This document shows positions 7,388 to 16,339 of a stretch of DNA of 64,000 nt, in pieces. The notes beneath the pieces were generated by a model, which ran no database searches, was not told the origin of the DNA, and was given only the letters and a program-made list of their open reading frames with translations. Location of the stretch: IMG/VR virus record IMGVR_UViG_3300021376_000030, positions 20,920 through 84,919 of that record, one strand, 5' to 3'. Each line of letters begins with the position of its first letter. Position 1 is the stretch's first letter. Source of the DNA: a virus. Position numbers and translations under genes: made by a program.

Positions 7388-10066
7388 TTACGCTATACCC
7401 ACAAGCTTCCAATCTGGAATGCCTCCATCTGTAGGAACAGAATATACTAACATTACCATGGATCCATTTTTGTCTATTTTAAGAATATTATCTAAAACTC
7501 CATCTTGAATGCCGTTAATAGTTACTGTGGGGTGTGCGCTTACAGTAATATTGCGAGTAGCGGCTTGTCTGCCGCCGTCTAATATTCTAACTTCCATTCC
7601 GTCAGGCATTTCCAGGGGCAATACACAAGTAACTGTAGCTGTTCTGGTGCTAACATTCAATGAATGTCTCATTGCTGTAACAGCCAGTATAGTTGTGGTT
7701 CCAGATATATCAGGACCTATATTAACTCCGGAAACTGAAGCCCATCTGGCTCCTTGTTGTACAAAACTAAATCTAACCAATGTATCGCCAGACAATGGCC
7801 CAGTATCATTAGGATCTTTATTATAAATAGGTGGTTTTTCAAAACGAACAATGCCTGTACCGCTGGGTATAATATTTAAATCTGTATCAGGATTGGTTGT
7901 ATAGATTGTGTTGCTACTTAATCTTATTACATTAGTACCAATATAATTGGCAGCAGAAAGAGCTTCAGCAGTAACTGTGCCAATAACACCAACACCACCA
8001 GATACCACTAACGTACCAGTTTCTTTACTGGTTGAATCAATATTTTGAGTCAATCTTAAAAATCTAGCAGATAAAGATTCTGCAGATAAAGTTCCGGATA
8101 TATTTGTGACTCCTTTTATAAAATTAAATCCAGAAACTTCATTTGTTCCAACCAGGTAATTAGTACCAGATAAACCTATTGTACCAGATAGTTGAGTTAT
8201 GTTATTACTAGTAAATCTGGTTAAAACTTGAGAAGTATTAAATATTGAAGCGGTGCCTGTTAAATTAACCACACTTGTTTGTTGTGCAGAGAGTATATTA
8301 TTAATAGATAATGTACTAGTCCAAATTTTACCTGTATTATATTTTAAGGAAGAACTACCAATTATTAATTGATTATTTCCATCAACAGTAGCCCCTTTGC
8401 CTATTACCAAAACATTGCTTGGTGAACCCACAACATCTGCAGTACTACCAATAATAATATTATCACTTGAGCCTACTACACCCTGTCCTGCGTTGTAGCC
8501 AATTATAATATTATCATTTCCAGAAGCATTTTTACCAGCTTGATAGCCAAGTAATATGTTATTATTGCCTGTGCTAGAATCTCCTGCAGCATAACCTATA
8601 TGAATGTTTTGAGTACCAACAATATTGTTTTGACCTGCATTAGTACCAATAAAAATATTGTTGTTAGCATCAACATTAGAATAACCCGCATGGTAACCAA
8701 TGAAAATATTATCACTTCCAAATTGATTAGACTTTCCTGGATCAATACCTATGAATATATTCTGTAATCCTGCATTTGTGTTGTTTGTAGAACGACCCAA
8801 ATACATGGTTTGATTGTCGAAATCAATCTGTAAGTTGTTAATATAGCTAGAAGCACTAATTTCTCCGACAACAGTTAGCTCTCTATGAGGAAACTTTGTT
8901 TTAACTCCTACAACTCCTTTTGGTGATGTGCTCGGGGCTGTAAAAGCATTACCAACATATAGGACATCTACTCCGTCACCATCAACAAAGCTTGCAACAG
9001 TACCTGCTCCGGGGCCTTGAAATACATATAACGCAGGCCCGTCACCATAATTTACTACACTTAGTGCACTAGTAGTAGTAATAATAGTATTTGCAAAATA
9101 TGCGCTGCCTGCAGCGAAGAAATTACCAAGCACCCGCAAATCATTTGTAACTAATGCCGAACTTAAATATACTAAGTCGGAAGACAAATAGTCTTTAGTT
9201 GTATATCTTGCACTTGTGTCAAACCATGAACTATAAACTGATGACCAGCTAGCACTATTTGTATTAACTGTGGAGTAAGAAGTTTCCAATTTAGGAAGAT
9301 ATGCATTATCAAATAAATTTTGTATATTTTGTCCGCCGCTATAAAATCCTGTTTGAGTAAATATAACATCAGTAGCACTTATAGTCCCGACAACAGTTAA
9401 AGTTTCGTTAGGAGCAGTTGTCTTTATTCCAACAGCACCTGTATGAGGCCCAGGAGGTGAGGTGTTACCAATAACCATAACAATACCTCCCTCTTTATCC
9501 CAAAATTGTGCTACATCATAAAAACCATCTTGTTGAACATATAGTGCTGGTCCTATACCAACATTTACCACACTCAAGGAGCTTGTTGTGGTAGCATTAG
9601 TAGTAATATAATTAAGACCACTTAATGCAGATAATGCTCCAAAAATTAATACATCTCCTAAAACGTTTAGATTACCAGATAATTCACCTCCAGTTAATTT
9701 AAAATATAAACTACTTGCAGAGGTTTCCGTAAGCCATGTACCACTATTAGTAGCCAATGTTGTGTATGTGGAAACCCAGCTACTACTATTTAAATTGACT
9801 GAAGTATAATTTGACAAATAGCTTGAGCTATTTGAATTGAGAAAAGTATATGCTGAATCTATAGTACGAGTAGATAAAAGTCTTCTTGTACCGTTTAAAT
9901 CAACAGTAAGAATGAATGTTGCACTAATTGGTTTTGCTGAGGTAACTGGTACACCAAAATTAGGCTCTGCATTACGTAGATCTAAAAATTGATAGCGCTG
10001 GGGATCTGCTTGTAAAGGGGAATTAACCCTTTCCCTGTTGCTTAAGAGAAAAGGAAAATTGCTCAT
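7388..10066 (-). CDS. tail fibre / structural protein
   Basis: S/T/G/N-rich; two TTSxLSVVNxGxGPALYVxQ modules, NIFIGxxAG beta-roll repeats, GTLVVSGGVG motif, C-terminal LP-LEMPDG..ILD fibre-tip-like domain. Confidence 0.8.
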   Translation of the reverse strand: MSNFPFLLSNRERVNSPLQADPQRYQFLDLRNAEPNFGVPVTSAKPISATFILTVDLNGTRRLLSTRTIDSAYTFLNSNSSSYLSNYTSVNLNSSSWVSTYTTLATNSGTWLTETSASSLYFKLTGGELSGNLNVLGDVLIFGALSALSGLNYITTNATTTSSLSVVNVGIGPALYVQQDGFYDVAQFWDKEGGIVMVIGNTSPPGPHTGAVGIKTTAPNETLTVVGTISATDVIFTQTGFYSGGQNIQNLFDNAYLPKLETSYSTVNTNSASWSSVYSSWFDTSARYTTKDYLSSDLVYLSSALVTNDLRVLGNFFAAGSAYFANTIITTTSALSVVNYGDGPALYVFQGPGAGTVASFVDGDGVDVLYVGNAFTAPSTSPKGVVGVKTKFPHRELTVVGEISASSYINNLQIDFDNQTMYLGRSTNNTNAGLQNIFIGIDPGKSNQFGSDNIFIGYHAGYSNVDANNNIFIGTNAGQNNIVGTQNIHIGYAAGDSSTGNNNILLGYQAGKNASGNDNIIIGYNAGQGVVGSSDNIIIGSTADVVGSPSNVLVIGKGATVDGNNQLIIGSSSLKYNTGKIWTSTLSINNILSAQQTSVVNLTGTASIFNTSQVLTRFTSNNITQLSGTIGLSGTNYLVGTNEVSGFNFIKGVTNISGTLSAESLSARFLRLTQNIDSTSKETGTLVVSGGVGVIGTVTAEALSAANYIGTNVIRLSSNTIYTTNPDTDLNIIPSGTGIVRFEKPPIYNKDPNDTGPLSGDTLVRFSFVQQGARWASVSGVNIGPDISGTTTILAVTAMRHSLNVSTRTATVTCVLPLEMPDGMEVRILDGGRQAATRNITVSAHPTVTINGIQDGVLDNILKIDKNGSMVMLVYSVPTDGGIPDWKLVGIA

Positions 10067-10422
10067 TAGTTTGCATTAAACGCTTCTAATAAAGACAAAA
10101 CAATATTAACCGCGCTAGGAGCGCTGCAGTAAGCTACAACCCCATCACCTTCTGTGATTAATACCTTGCCTAATGCCATATTAGCAGCATCATTTTTTGG
10201 TATATTAAAACCGGAGACAAGATAATACAATGTTTTATCTGTAGCGCTAGAGATACCTATGGTAATAGTTTCAGTCGATGAGTTGGCAACATTAGCACAC
10301 TGTACACTCAAAATAATTGTAGCTCGTTGATCTGGACATATATATATAGGTATAATATTAGGGGTAAATGTATCAAGAGTTCCTATATAACGGGTAAATT
10401 TATTTAAGGGAATCTGAGCCAT
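10066..10422 (-). CDS. hypothetical virion-associated protein
   Basis: 118 aa beta-rich ORF (IYICP...IILSVQCANV), translationally coupled in the fibre operon. Confidence 0.65.
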   Translation of the reverse strand: MAQIPLNKFTRYIGTLDTFTPNIIPIYICPDQRATIILSVQCANVANSSTETITIGISSATDKTLYYLVSGFNIPKNDAANMALGKVLITEGDGVVAYCSAPSAVNIVLSLLEAFNAN

Positions 10423-10431
10423 ATAGTTTAT

Positions 10432-11877
10432 TTATTCTATTGATAGTACAAACGGGGTTATTAAAGAGAAAATAGATCTTTGGAACGTTCGACCTTCAAT
10501 GGTTCCTGTAGCCTGTCTTATAGTAAAGTCAGTACCTACTTTAAAATCACCTTGCTCATTAGTTAATGTTACAAATATCTTTCCGCCATCTCTTTCACAT
10601 ACTTCATTTTCAGGTTTTGCAACACCCCCTAATACCGGTAATGCTTTATTTAAGATAGTTCCAGATCCAACAAATTCCATTGTATATGCACTTGCAAGAA
10701 TAGAACTTCTTAAATAAAATTTAATTGAAGTACCTGCGGGTATATCATAAACTAAATTTTCATCTGTAGTAAATTGTACTCTCTTGAATACAGTGCTTGT
10801 CGAAAGAGCAGAAGTCACCGTATAATAAGTATTAGGATAATTAGGTTCATTAAATACCATTAAAGGTGCAGGTGTAGTAGCTATTTGTGTGGGAAGAACT
10901 TGATCAATTACAAGAATGTTATCTCCTGCAGAAACACTATTCACCAAAGTGCCTGTTATTACTGGAGTATTAGATCTTCCAAATGCTGCAAGACCAGACA
11001 ACCCAAACGATGCATTTGATGTATTAATATCACAACCTCCTCCAGCACTCACAATCACCGCAGTAGTACAAGCAACAGTAAAAATACTTACCAATTGTGC
11101 ATAACCATTATTTAAAATTACAATACCCTCGCCACCTTCATTAAATTGAGTGTAAGAATCTAATACCATACTTCTTATGTATCCCCCGACTCTACTTCCG
11201 TCTATTCTCATACCACAGCCTGCATCGTTTGCTCCATCTGATGATGATCTAGTAATCGAACTACACCCCTGAACATAAGGACTAGTAACAATATAGAGAG
11301 GATTTCCAAAAGTATGGATATTAGTAGAAGGTGGAGTAACTTGATACAAAGTTAAAGGAGCTGTATTAAAAGCAACTGCATACTCAGGATTACCAGAATT
11401 AAGGCTAGGAAATGCTACAGCCGCAGATGGTCTTTTATGCTGTCGAAATGTAAATCCCCACACGTAATCTGCATTTGTTACCCACAATATGTCATAGGTC
11501 GGATTCAACGGAATAATACTAGTTCGCCTTAAATTGTCACCGTGCAAAGTTGTATTAGGAGGCACATATATTGGATTTTTTTCGTAATAAGTTCCTGATT
11601 TAACAAAAATAGAATAATTGTTATAAGGGCGAGCTGCTGCGTAAGAGCAAGCTCTTTTAATAGTTTTAAAAGGATAATTTTCTGCTACACCAATATTGGT
11701 GTCAGCACCACTAACTGTAACATAAAGAACGTTTGGCGTTTCAAATAAACCGCCGCTTATAAGATTAGAAATAGTATAGAAATCTACCTTAAACTCTCCT
11801 TGATTTGGTCTAAACCCTACTAGAAAATCTGATGCCAATGGTTTAGTCTGTGCGAAATCACTAAAATTACGGTACAT
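10432..11877 (-). CDS. pectin-lyase-like (beta-helix) virion structural protein
   Basis: VLYV..GADTN.G....PFKTIKRA, IFVKSGTYYE, GDNLRRT, SPYVQGCS and SMVLDSYTQ motifs typical of T4-like phage fibre/baseplate proteins. Confidence 0.75.
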   Translation of the reverse strand: MYRNFSDFAQTKPLASDFLVGFRPNQGEFKVDFYTISNLISGGLFETPNVLYVTVSGADTNIGVAENYPFKTIKRACSYAAARPYNNYSIFVKSGTYYEKNPIYVPPNTTLHGDNLRRTSIIPLNPTYDILWVTNADYVWGFTFRQHKRPSAAVAFPSLNSGNPEYAVAFNTAPLTLYQVTPPSTNIHTFGNPLYIVTSPYVQGCSSITRSSSDGANDAGCGMRIDGSRVGGYIRSMVLDSYTQFNEGGEGIVILNNGYAQLVSIFTVACTTAVIVSAGGGCDINTSNASFGLSGLAAFGRSNTPVITGTLVNSVSAGDNILVIDQVLPTQIATTPAPLMVFNEPNYPNTYYTVTSALSTSTVFKRVQFTTDENLVYDIPAGTSIKFYLRSSILASAYTMEFVGSGTILNKALPVLGGVAKPENEVCERDGGKIFVTLTNEQGDFKVGTDFTIRQATGTIEGRTFQRSIFSLITPFVLSIE

Positions 11878-11922
11878 AGGTATATTATTTAGTTTTGTAC
11901 CGACTAAAATGAGTAATAGATA

Positions 11923-12117
11923 CTACGAATTATTTGCAGGAGAAGCGTCAGAATTAACCGTTTCCAGAGGAACGATATCTACACGACTCAGTACGCGTTG
12001 ACCACTAATAAGGGTAACAGGTACTAGAGCTGCATTGCCTTCCTTAAGAATAGCCTCAATTTTACTCTTAAGTTCAACTAATTCTTGCTCTCTTGACGAA
12101 AGTTCTTGTGTTGACAT
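11923..12117 (-). CDS. hypothetical protein
   Basis: 64 aa ORF. Confidence 0.6.
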   Translation of the reverse strand: MSTQELSSREQELVELKSKIEAILKEGNAALVPVTLISGQRVLSRVDIVPLETVNSDASPANNS

Positions 12118-12134
12118 ATCTTATATATATACTT

Positions 12135-12491
12135 TTAATTTGTTATTTCAATATATGAAAATCTTTTACTTGATGATGCTAGCGTATATCCTGCATCATT
12201 AGCAAAAATTATATCTAAATGTTGAGGATGATAATAAGCGGGAAGAGTAAACTGTAAGGTGTTATTTGTCCATGCAGTATAATCCGAAATAGGGTAAGCG
12301 CTAAAGGGTGGGTTATTAGCACTCACACTTTTAACCCCACTATATAAATTATAATATTGTTCTGTACCATCAAATTTATTAGAGCTTAAAAACAACCCAA
12401 CATTAGTTTTGTAATTAAACATATTACCTTGAAGAGTAATAATTTTGCCAGATACGCCTGTTTTAACGGTAAATGTAGGAAATGTCTTCAT
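12135..12491 (-). CDS. hypothetical protein (Ig/IPT-like)
   Basis: IITLQG..F and LQFTLP..DIIFANDAGY patterns; coupled to gp15. Confidence 0.55.
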   Translation of the reverse strand: MKTFPTFTVKTGVSGKIITLQGNMFNYKTNVGLFLSSNKFDGTEQYYNLYSGVKSVSANNPPFSAYPISDYTAWTNNTLQFTLPAYYHPQHLDIIFANDAGYTLASSSKRFSYIEITN

Positions 12492-13318
12492 TACGGTCCA
12501 AATGGAGTATATAATTCTACCGAAGAAATAACCGGGCGACCAGAAACTGTAACTGTTTCGGTATTAGCAACAGCAGAAAGAGAAATAGCATCATCTGTGG
12601 TTATTGCTTGAGTTTTTAGGGTAGTATAACTTCCATACTCTAATGTAGTGCCTGAACTTACTGCTGTAATATTAGTATCAATTTTAAAAATATTTTTTAC
12701 AGGAGCTTGAGGATCGGGAAATAACCAACCTTTAATCGTAAATCCGGTATCAGCAATTATTTGTGCTTTTTGTGAGCCGTTAATATCAGTGGGATAGGAA
12801 AGATTGACGCTACCGTTCCAAGACACTTCACTTCTAATCTCTTGTGTATATGGTAAATTAAATTCTTTTGGTATTGTCCAACTTAAAATAATATAGGGAT
12901 TGTTAAAAGGTATAAAATTGCTTAATATTTGATCCATATCTGATTGATAGCGAGTAATTATACTCATCTTAACATCAATATTAACTGGTACTGGGGCTTT
13001 ATAATAAAATGAAACACTCGAGGGTTGATCTTCAATAGGAGTACCGTGTGCATAAAAACCTGCATTTTTATTGAAAACTCTATTATTGTCCCTCATAATT
13101 GAGCCAATGGTTACACTAACAACAGGTAGAGTTAAATTTTGACCTGGGTTAATTAAATCAAACAAAACCCGCTGTTTTGGAGCATAGATATATCTTACTT
13201 GTTGTTTTGCACCAACATTACGATTTTTGTCATATCTATTAATAACAACATGATCAAATGCTGCTAAAAACTGTATTAACAGATCTTTTACTTCAAAGTA
13301 ATAGCTTTGTAATTTAAT
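12491..13318 (-). CDS. gp15: tail terminator / sheath stabiliser (T4 gp15-like), probable ATT start
   Basis: YIYAPKQR, LTLPVVS, PVPVNIDVKMSI, DMDQILSNFIPFNNP and FTIKGWLF motifs; the frame stays open 51 codons upstream of the TTG at 13165, up to ATT 13318, which has GAGGT 7 nt before it. Confidence 0.82.
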   Translation of the reverse strand: MKLQSYYFEVKDLLIQFLAAFDHVVINRYDKNRNVGAKQQVRYIYAPKQRVLFDLINPGQNLTLPVVSVTIGSIMRDNNRVFNKNAGFYAHGTPIEDQPSSVSFYYKAPVPVNIDVKMSIITRYQSDMDQILSNFIPFNNPYIILSWTIPKEFNLPYTQEIRSEVSWNGSVNLSYPTDINGSQKAQIIADTGFTIKGWLFPDPQAPVKNIFKIDTNITAVSSGTTLEYGSYTTLKTQAITTDDAISLSAVANTETVTVSGRPVISSVELYTPFGP

Positions 13319-13321
13319 ATA

Positions 13322-13352
13322 CTTTACCTCTCTTATATTTAAGAGGTTAAAG
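13322..13352 (-). promoter_or_regulatory. SD-sequestering hairpin with late promoter in the loop
   Basis: Minus strand CTTT(A)ACCTCT-taaatataag-AGAGGTAAAG; TAAATA at 13341-13336. Confidence 0.65.
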
Positions 13353-13356
13353 GGGC

Positions 13357-13560
13357 TTAATTATAGTATTTCCACTTGTTTGCAGATAACTTTACAGATA
13401 GCTTTCTCTTAACGGAAGGCTTCATAAAAGATCTACGGATTCTAACTTCTTCTAATATACCGCATCTCTTAACTGCATTTGTAAATTGTTTAAGTTTTTT
13501 ATCAAAATATAGTTTATTTGAACATTTATTTTTATCTAATTTTACTTCACAATTTATCAT
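13357..13560 (-). CDS. rpsU: ribosomal protein bS21 (phage-encoded)
   Basis: FDKKLKQF..AVKRCGILEEVR.RRSFMKPSVKRK matches the bS21 pattern; TAAATA 5 nt upstream of ATG. Confidence 0.82.
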   Translation of the reverse strand: MINCEVKLDKNKCSNKLYFDKKLKQFTNAVKRCGILEEVRIRRSFMKPSVKRKLSVKLSANKWKYYN

Positions 13561-13564
13561 TTGT

Positions 13565-13921
13565 TTATTTATCCTGAATTGTTACTTCTTCCATAATAGA
13601 AATTTCTGCAATAGTGTTAAAAAATTTGTTTGGTTTTTTAGAAATTAAATTTTTAGCTGAATCTTCTATGTGTCTTAAGTTATGGCTTAACTTGTCTATG
13701 GTATAGTCTAAAATAATTCTTTTATCTACAACATTATATCCATAAGGGTAAGGTATTTCAAAGATTTTTTTCGTATGATGAATGCCTAGAGTAAAAACAA
13801 GATAAAAGTCCTTTATACAAAAAAGTATCAATTTACCACTCTTGACCGTCTTACCATTAACAATAAAATTAACTTTTTGTTGAAGGAAGTTACTGATAGA
13901 TCTCTCTAATTTTGATGTCAT
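13565..13921 (-). CDS. hypothetical protein
   Basis: 118 aa ORF in a coupled operon. Confidence 0.7.
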   Translation of the reverse strand: MTSKLERSISNFLQQKVNFIVNGKTVKSGKLILFCIKDFYLVFTLGIHHTKKIFEIPYPYGYNVVDKRIILDYTIDKLSHNLRHIEDSAKNLISKKPNKFFNTIAEISIMEEVTIQDK

Positions 13922-13922
13922 A

Positions 13923-14300
13923 TTATGTATCCATGTAAGATATTTTTTGTGATGGTGTTAAGCCAACTAAATTTTCTTTGAAGTATTTCCAGAATGCTTC
14001 ACCTGCAGGTATAGATGTTATAAGATCACAACTATCACAGCCAACTGCTCGATAATCTTGCATAAAAATATCCCATACAATAACAAGATTTTTTTGTGTG
14101 GGGTTATATTTTAAAGGTCCTTTTGCTGGTCTATAATTTAATGTCATTCTCCCATCAACACTATTCAACAAAGATTGAGCATTAGTACAAAGCATTCTCC
14201 GGGTATTAGGCTTGCCCGGTTTAAGTCTGCGCCGGGCAAACTTTATTTCACAAACATTATTTTGTAGCACGGACCTTAAGCTTGTTAGTGATACTAACAT
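13923..14300 (-). CDS. SH3/WYL-like (DUF2693-like) phage protein
   Basis: LQNNVCEIKF.RR...RRMLCT...VWDI...YR pattern. Confidence 0.55.
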   Translation of the reverse strand: MLVSLTSLRSVLQNNVCEIKFARRRLKPGKPNTRRMLCTNAQSLLNSVDGRMTLNYRPAKGPLKYNPTQKNLVIVWDIFMQDYRAVGCDSCDLITSIPAGEAFWKYFKENLVGLTPSQKISYMDT

Positions 14301-14706
14301 CTTTTTCCCTCGGCTTAACTACACCGAATATTCGTTGTTCATTTAAAAAAATACCTGCGCGCAATGTCCCGTAATTAACTACATCAATATTTGCTATTGG
14401 CACCCCCATATTGTTAGGGAAGCAAACATGGTCTCCAACCTTGACCAATCTACAGTTAATACCTGTTAATATTACCTTACCAATACGCCATGCATTCGTA
14501 TCAGCATTTACAGGTACTAGAATACCGTTTCTAACTATTGTATTTGAACTGCCGCCATCATCAACAAATTCAACTAAAATTACATCATCTAAAAGATTTA
14601 CAAGATCATATCCCATAAACATACTATTAAATATATTTTTAGGCATTCCTCCTAAATCAATTAAACTTTTCTGTACAGGTAGTTGATCTACATTTGGTTT
14701 GCTCAT
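14257..14706 (-). CDS. groES: GroES-like co-chaperonin
   Basis: LLDDVILVE...NGILVP...GKVILTG...VKVGDHVCFP...FLNEQRIFG. Confidence 0.75.
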   Translation of the reverse strand: MSKPNVDQLPVQKSLIDLGGMPKNIFNSMFMGYDLVNLLDDVILVEFVDDGGSSNTIVRNGILVPVNADTNAWRIGKVILTGINCRLVKVGDHVCFPNNMGVPIANIDVVNYGTLRAGIFLNEQRIFGVVKPREKDVSITNKLKVRATK

Positions 14707-14736
14707 ATAGTCACTTATGAGTCAATTAGTTGAAAA

Positions 14737-15015
14737 TCAAGAGGTACTGCCTTTAGCAGGTTTTTTGATATAATGTATTCTTTGTTTGCGGTATTTTGGT
14801 AATAAATTAGACAGAAACCTATATTGATCAATATTATCAAAATTCTTTCCAAATCTATTAAGAGTATCGTTAATAATACGAGCGGCTAAGGGATCAAGCA
14901 TTGATAACCAACGATTAACCAGAAATGGTTGATATCCTTTTTCTTCTTCAAAATTAGTAAAGGGGTTTGTTTTTTTAGTAAAGGCAATACCCTCAATAAT
15001 GTCAAAAATGTTCAT
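14737..15015 (-). CDS. gp62: clamp loader small subunit (T4 gp62-like)
   Basis: YQPFLVNRWLSM...QYRFL..LLPK..RIHYIKK. Confidence 0.75.
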   Translation of the reverse strand: MNIFDIIEGIAFTKKTNPFTNFEEEKGYQPFLVNRWLSMLDPLAARIINDTLNRFGKNFDNIDQYRFLSNLLPKYRKQRIHYIKKPAKGSTS

Positions 15016-15566
15016 TTGATTAAAATACCTAGACCAAAATGTTCTCTTATATTATAAAAACTTGCATTATGTTTACCAGATAAATCTATACAAACTTGTT
15101 TAACTACTGGAAAACTCTCTGTATCGTGCAGAAGAACAATATCACTATGTAACAAAGACCATTCCGCACAATCAAAGGTAGGTTGATATTCATGCACTAT
15201 ATCAACATGAATTAGATTATAATGATTATTATTTTTTTTAATGAAATTATAAAAATTGTCTTTAATAAGCTCAACATTTGGGAAGTGTTGGAGATTATTC
15301 TTTGTCTGTTCGTACAAATTATTCATCTTATTATTTGCATGTTTATCACTTTCAAATGTATCTACCCCAATAACCCTTTTAAAAAAATTTGAAAACACAG
15401 ATGTAGAATACCCACGATCTACTCCAAACTCTAATGCTATATTATTTTGTATTTTAAAATCATGCATTATTTCAGCTATATATCTTTCTAATCCAAGCCA
15501 AGCTGATGGGCAGCTATAAACTTTTAAAATACCTGCGTATTCACCAGTAGGTGTATACGGAATCAT
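15012..15566 (-). CDS. class I SAM-dependent methyltransferase
   Basis: ALEFGVDRGYST, GVDTF, LIHVDIVHEY and LLHDT motifs (Methyltransf_24-like). Confidence 0.8.
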   Translation of the reverse strand: MIPYTPTGEYAGILKVYSCPSAWLGLERYIAEIMHDFKIQNNIALEFGVDRGYSTSVFSNFFKRVIGVDTFESDKHANNKMNNLYEQTKNNLQHFPNVELIKDNFYNFIKKNNNHYNLIHVDIVHEYQPTFDCAEWSLLHSDIVLLHDTESFPVVKQVCIDLSGKHNASFYNIREHFGLGILIK

Positions 15567-16156
15567 TAATGTGAAATAATCTTGGTTGATGCAATAAAGA
15601 TATTATCATTAATCTGATAAAAGGAAGAAATTACCTCAGACATAAATTGTGTGCATTGAGTATCGCTTAGTTCGGTACTAAATGCAAACGCCGGTGCTTG
15701 CTTACCAGCTCTTACATTGATACCTGTATGACCTAACGCGGCATTATCCTTTACATGTACAATACTTACACTACATTTACCCTTATGTTGTGTCACACCG
15801 CCCTGGGTAAACTCTTTTGTAACCATTAAATCATCACCATCTACTTCTATAGGTGCATTAATAAATTTAAAAAGTATATTGGCAATATTTGTATTAAACA
15901 TTCTTTGATAACTAATTGCACCAAACCCCTCGGTAATAAGAGGTATTTCATAAAGAAAATGAATCATATCCTCACTATATATAAAATCCTTGTTAAGTGA
16001 GTCCTCTTGATCGATCAAACCTTCTGTCTCCACTTTTGCAGGAGCACGAAAAGCAATAATGTTGCCTATGGGTAAAGTCTTATCACGAAAATAGCGATAT
16101 GCAAAACGTCTGTGAAGAGCTACACCGTCATAAACTTTAATATCTGTAACGATCAT
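15566..16156 (-). CDS. DUF366-like (biotin/lipoate-ligase fold) protein
   Basis: YDG..L...FAY, IIAFR, IDQED, IYSEDMIHF, GDDLMV, KCSVSI and GHTGINV motifs. Confidence 0.7.
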   Translation of the reverse strand: MIVTDIKVYDGVALHRRFAYRYFRDKTLPIGNIIAFRAPAKVETEGLIDQEDSLNKDFIYSEDMIHFLYEIPLITEGFGAISYQRMFNTNIANILFKFINAPIEVDGDDLMVTKEFTQGGVTQHKGKCSVSIVHVKDNAALGHTGINVRAGKQAPAFAFSTELSDTQCTQFMSEVISSFYQINDNIFIASTKIISH

Positions 16157-16327
16157 ATCTATAGATAATAACTACACTCGAGGATAATTCAACGAAAAAG
16201 ACTCGTCCCGCATTTTTTTCTCTCCTGTCCATTATAAATGGTTCTGATCCTAATACCCACATACTATTATAATCAAATTTTGTAAGAAATCAACTAACAT
16301 TTTTCAATTGAAACCAGGTTTTTTTAT

Positions 16328-16335
16328 TATAAATA
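16328..16335 (+). promoter_or_regulatory. T4-type late promoter TATAAATA
   Basis: Exact TATAAATA 4 nt before the portal ATG. Confidence 0.7.
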
Positions 16336-16339
16336 ACTA

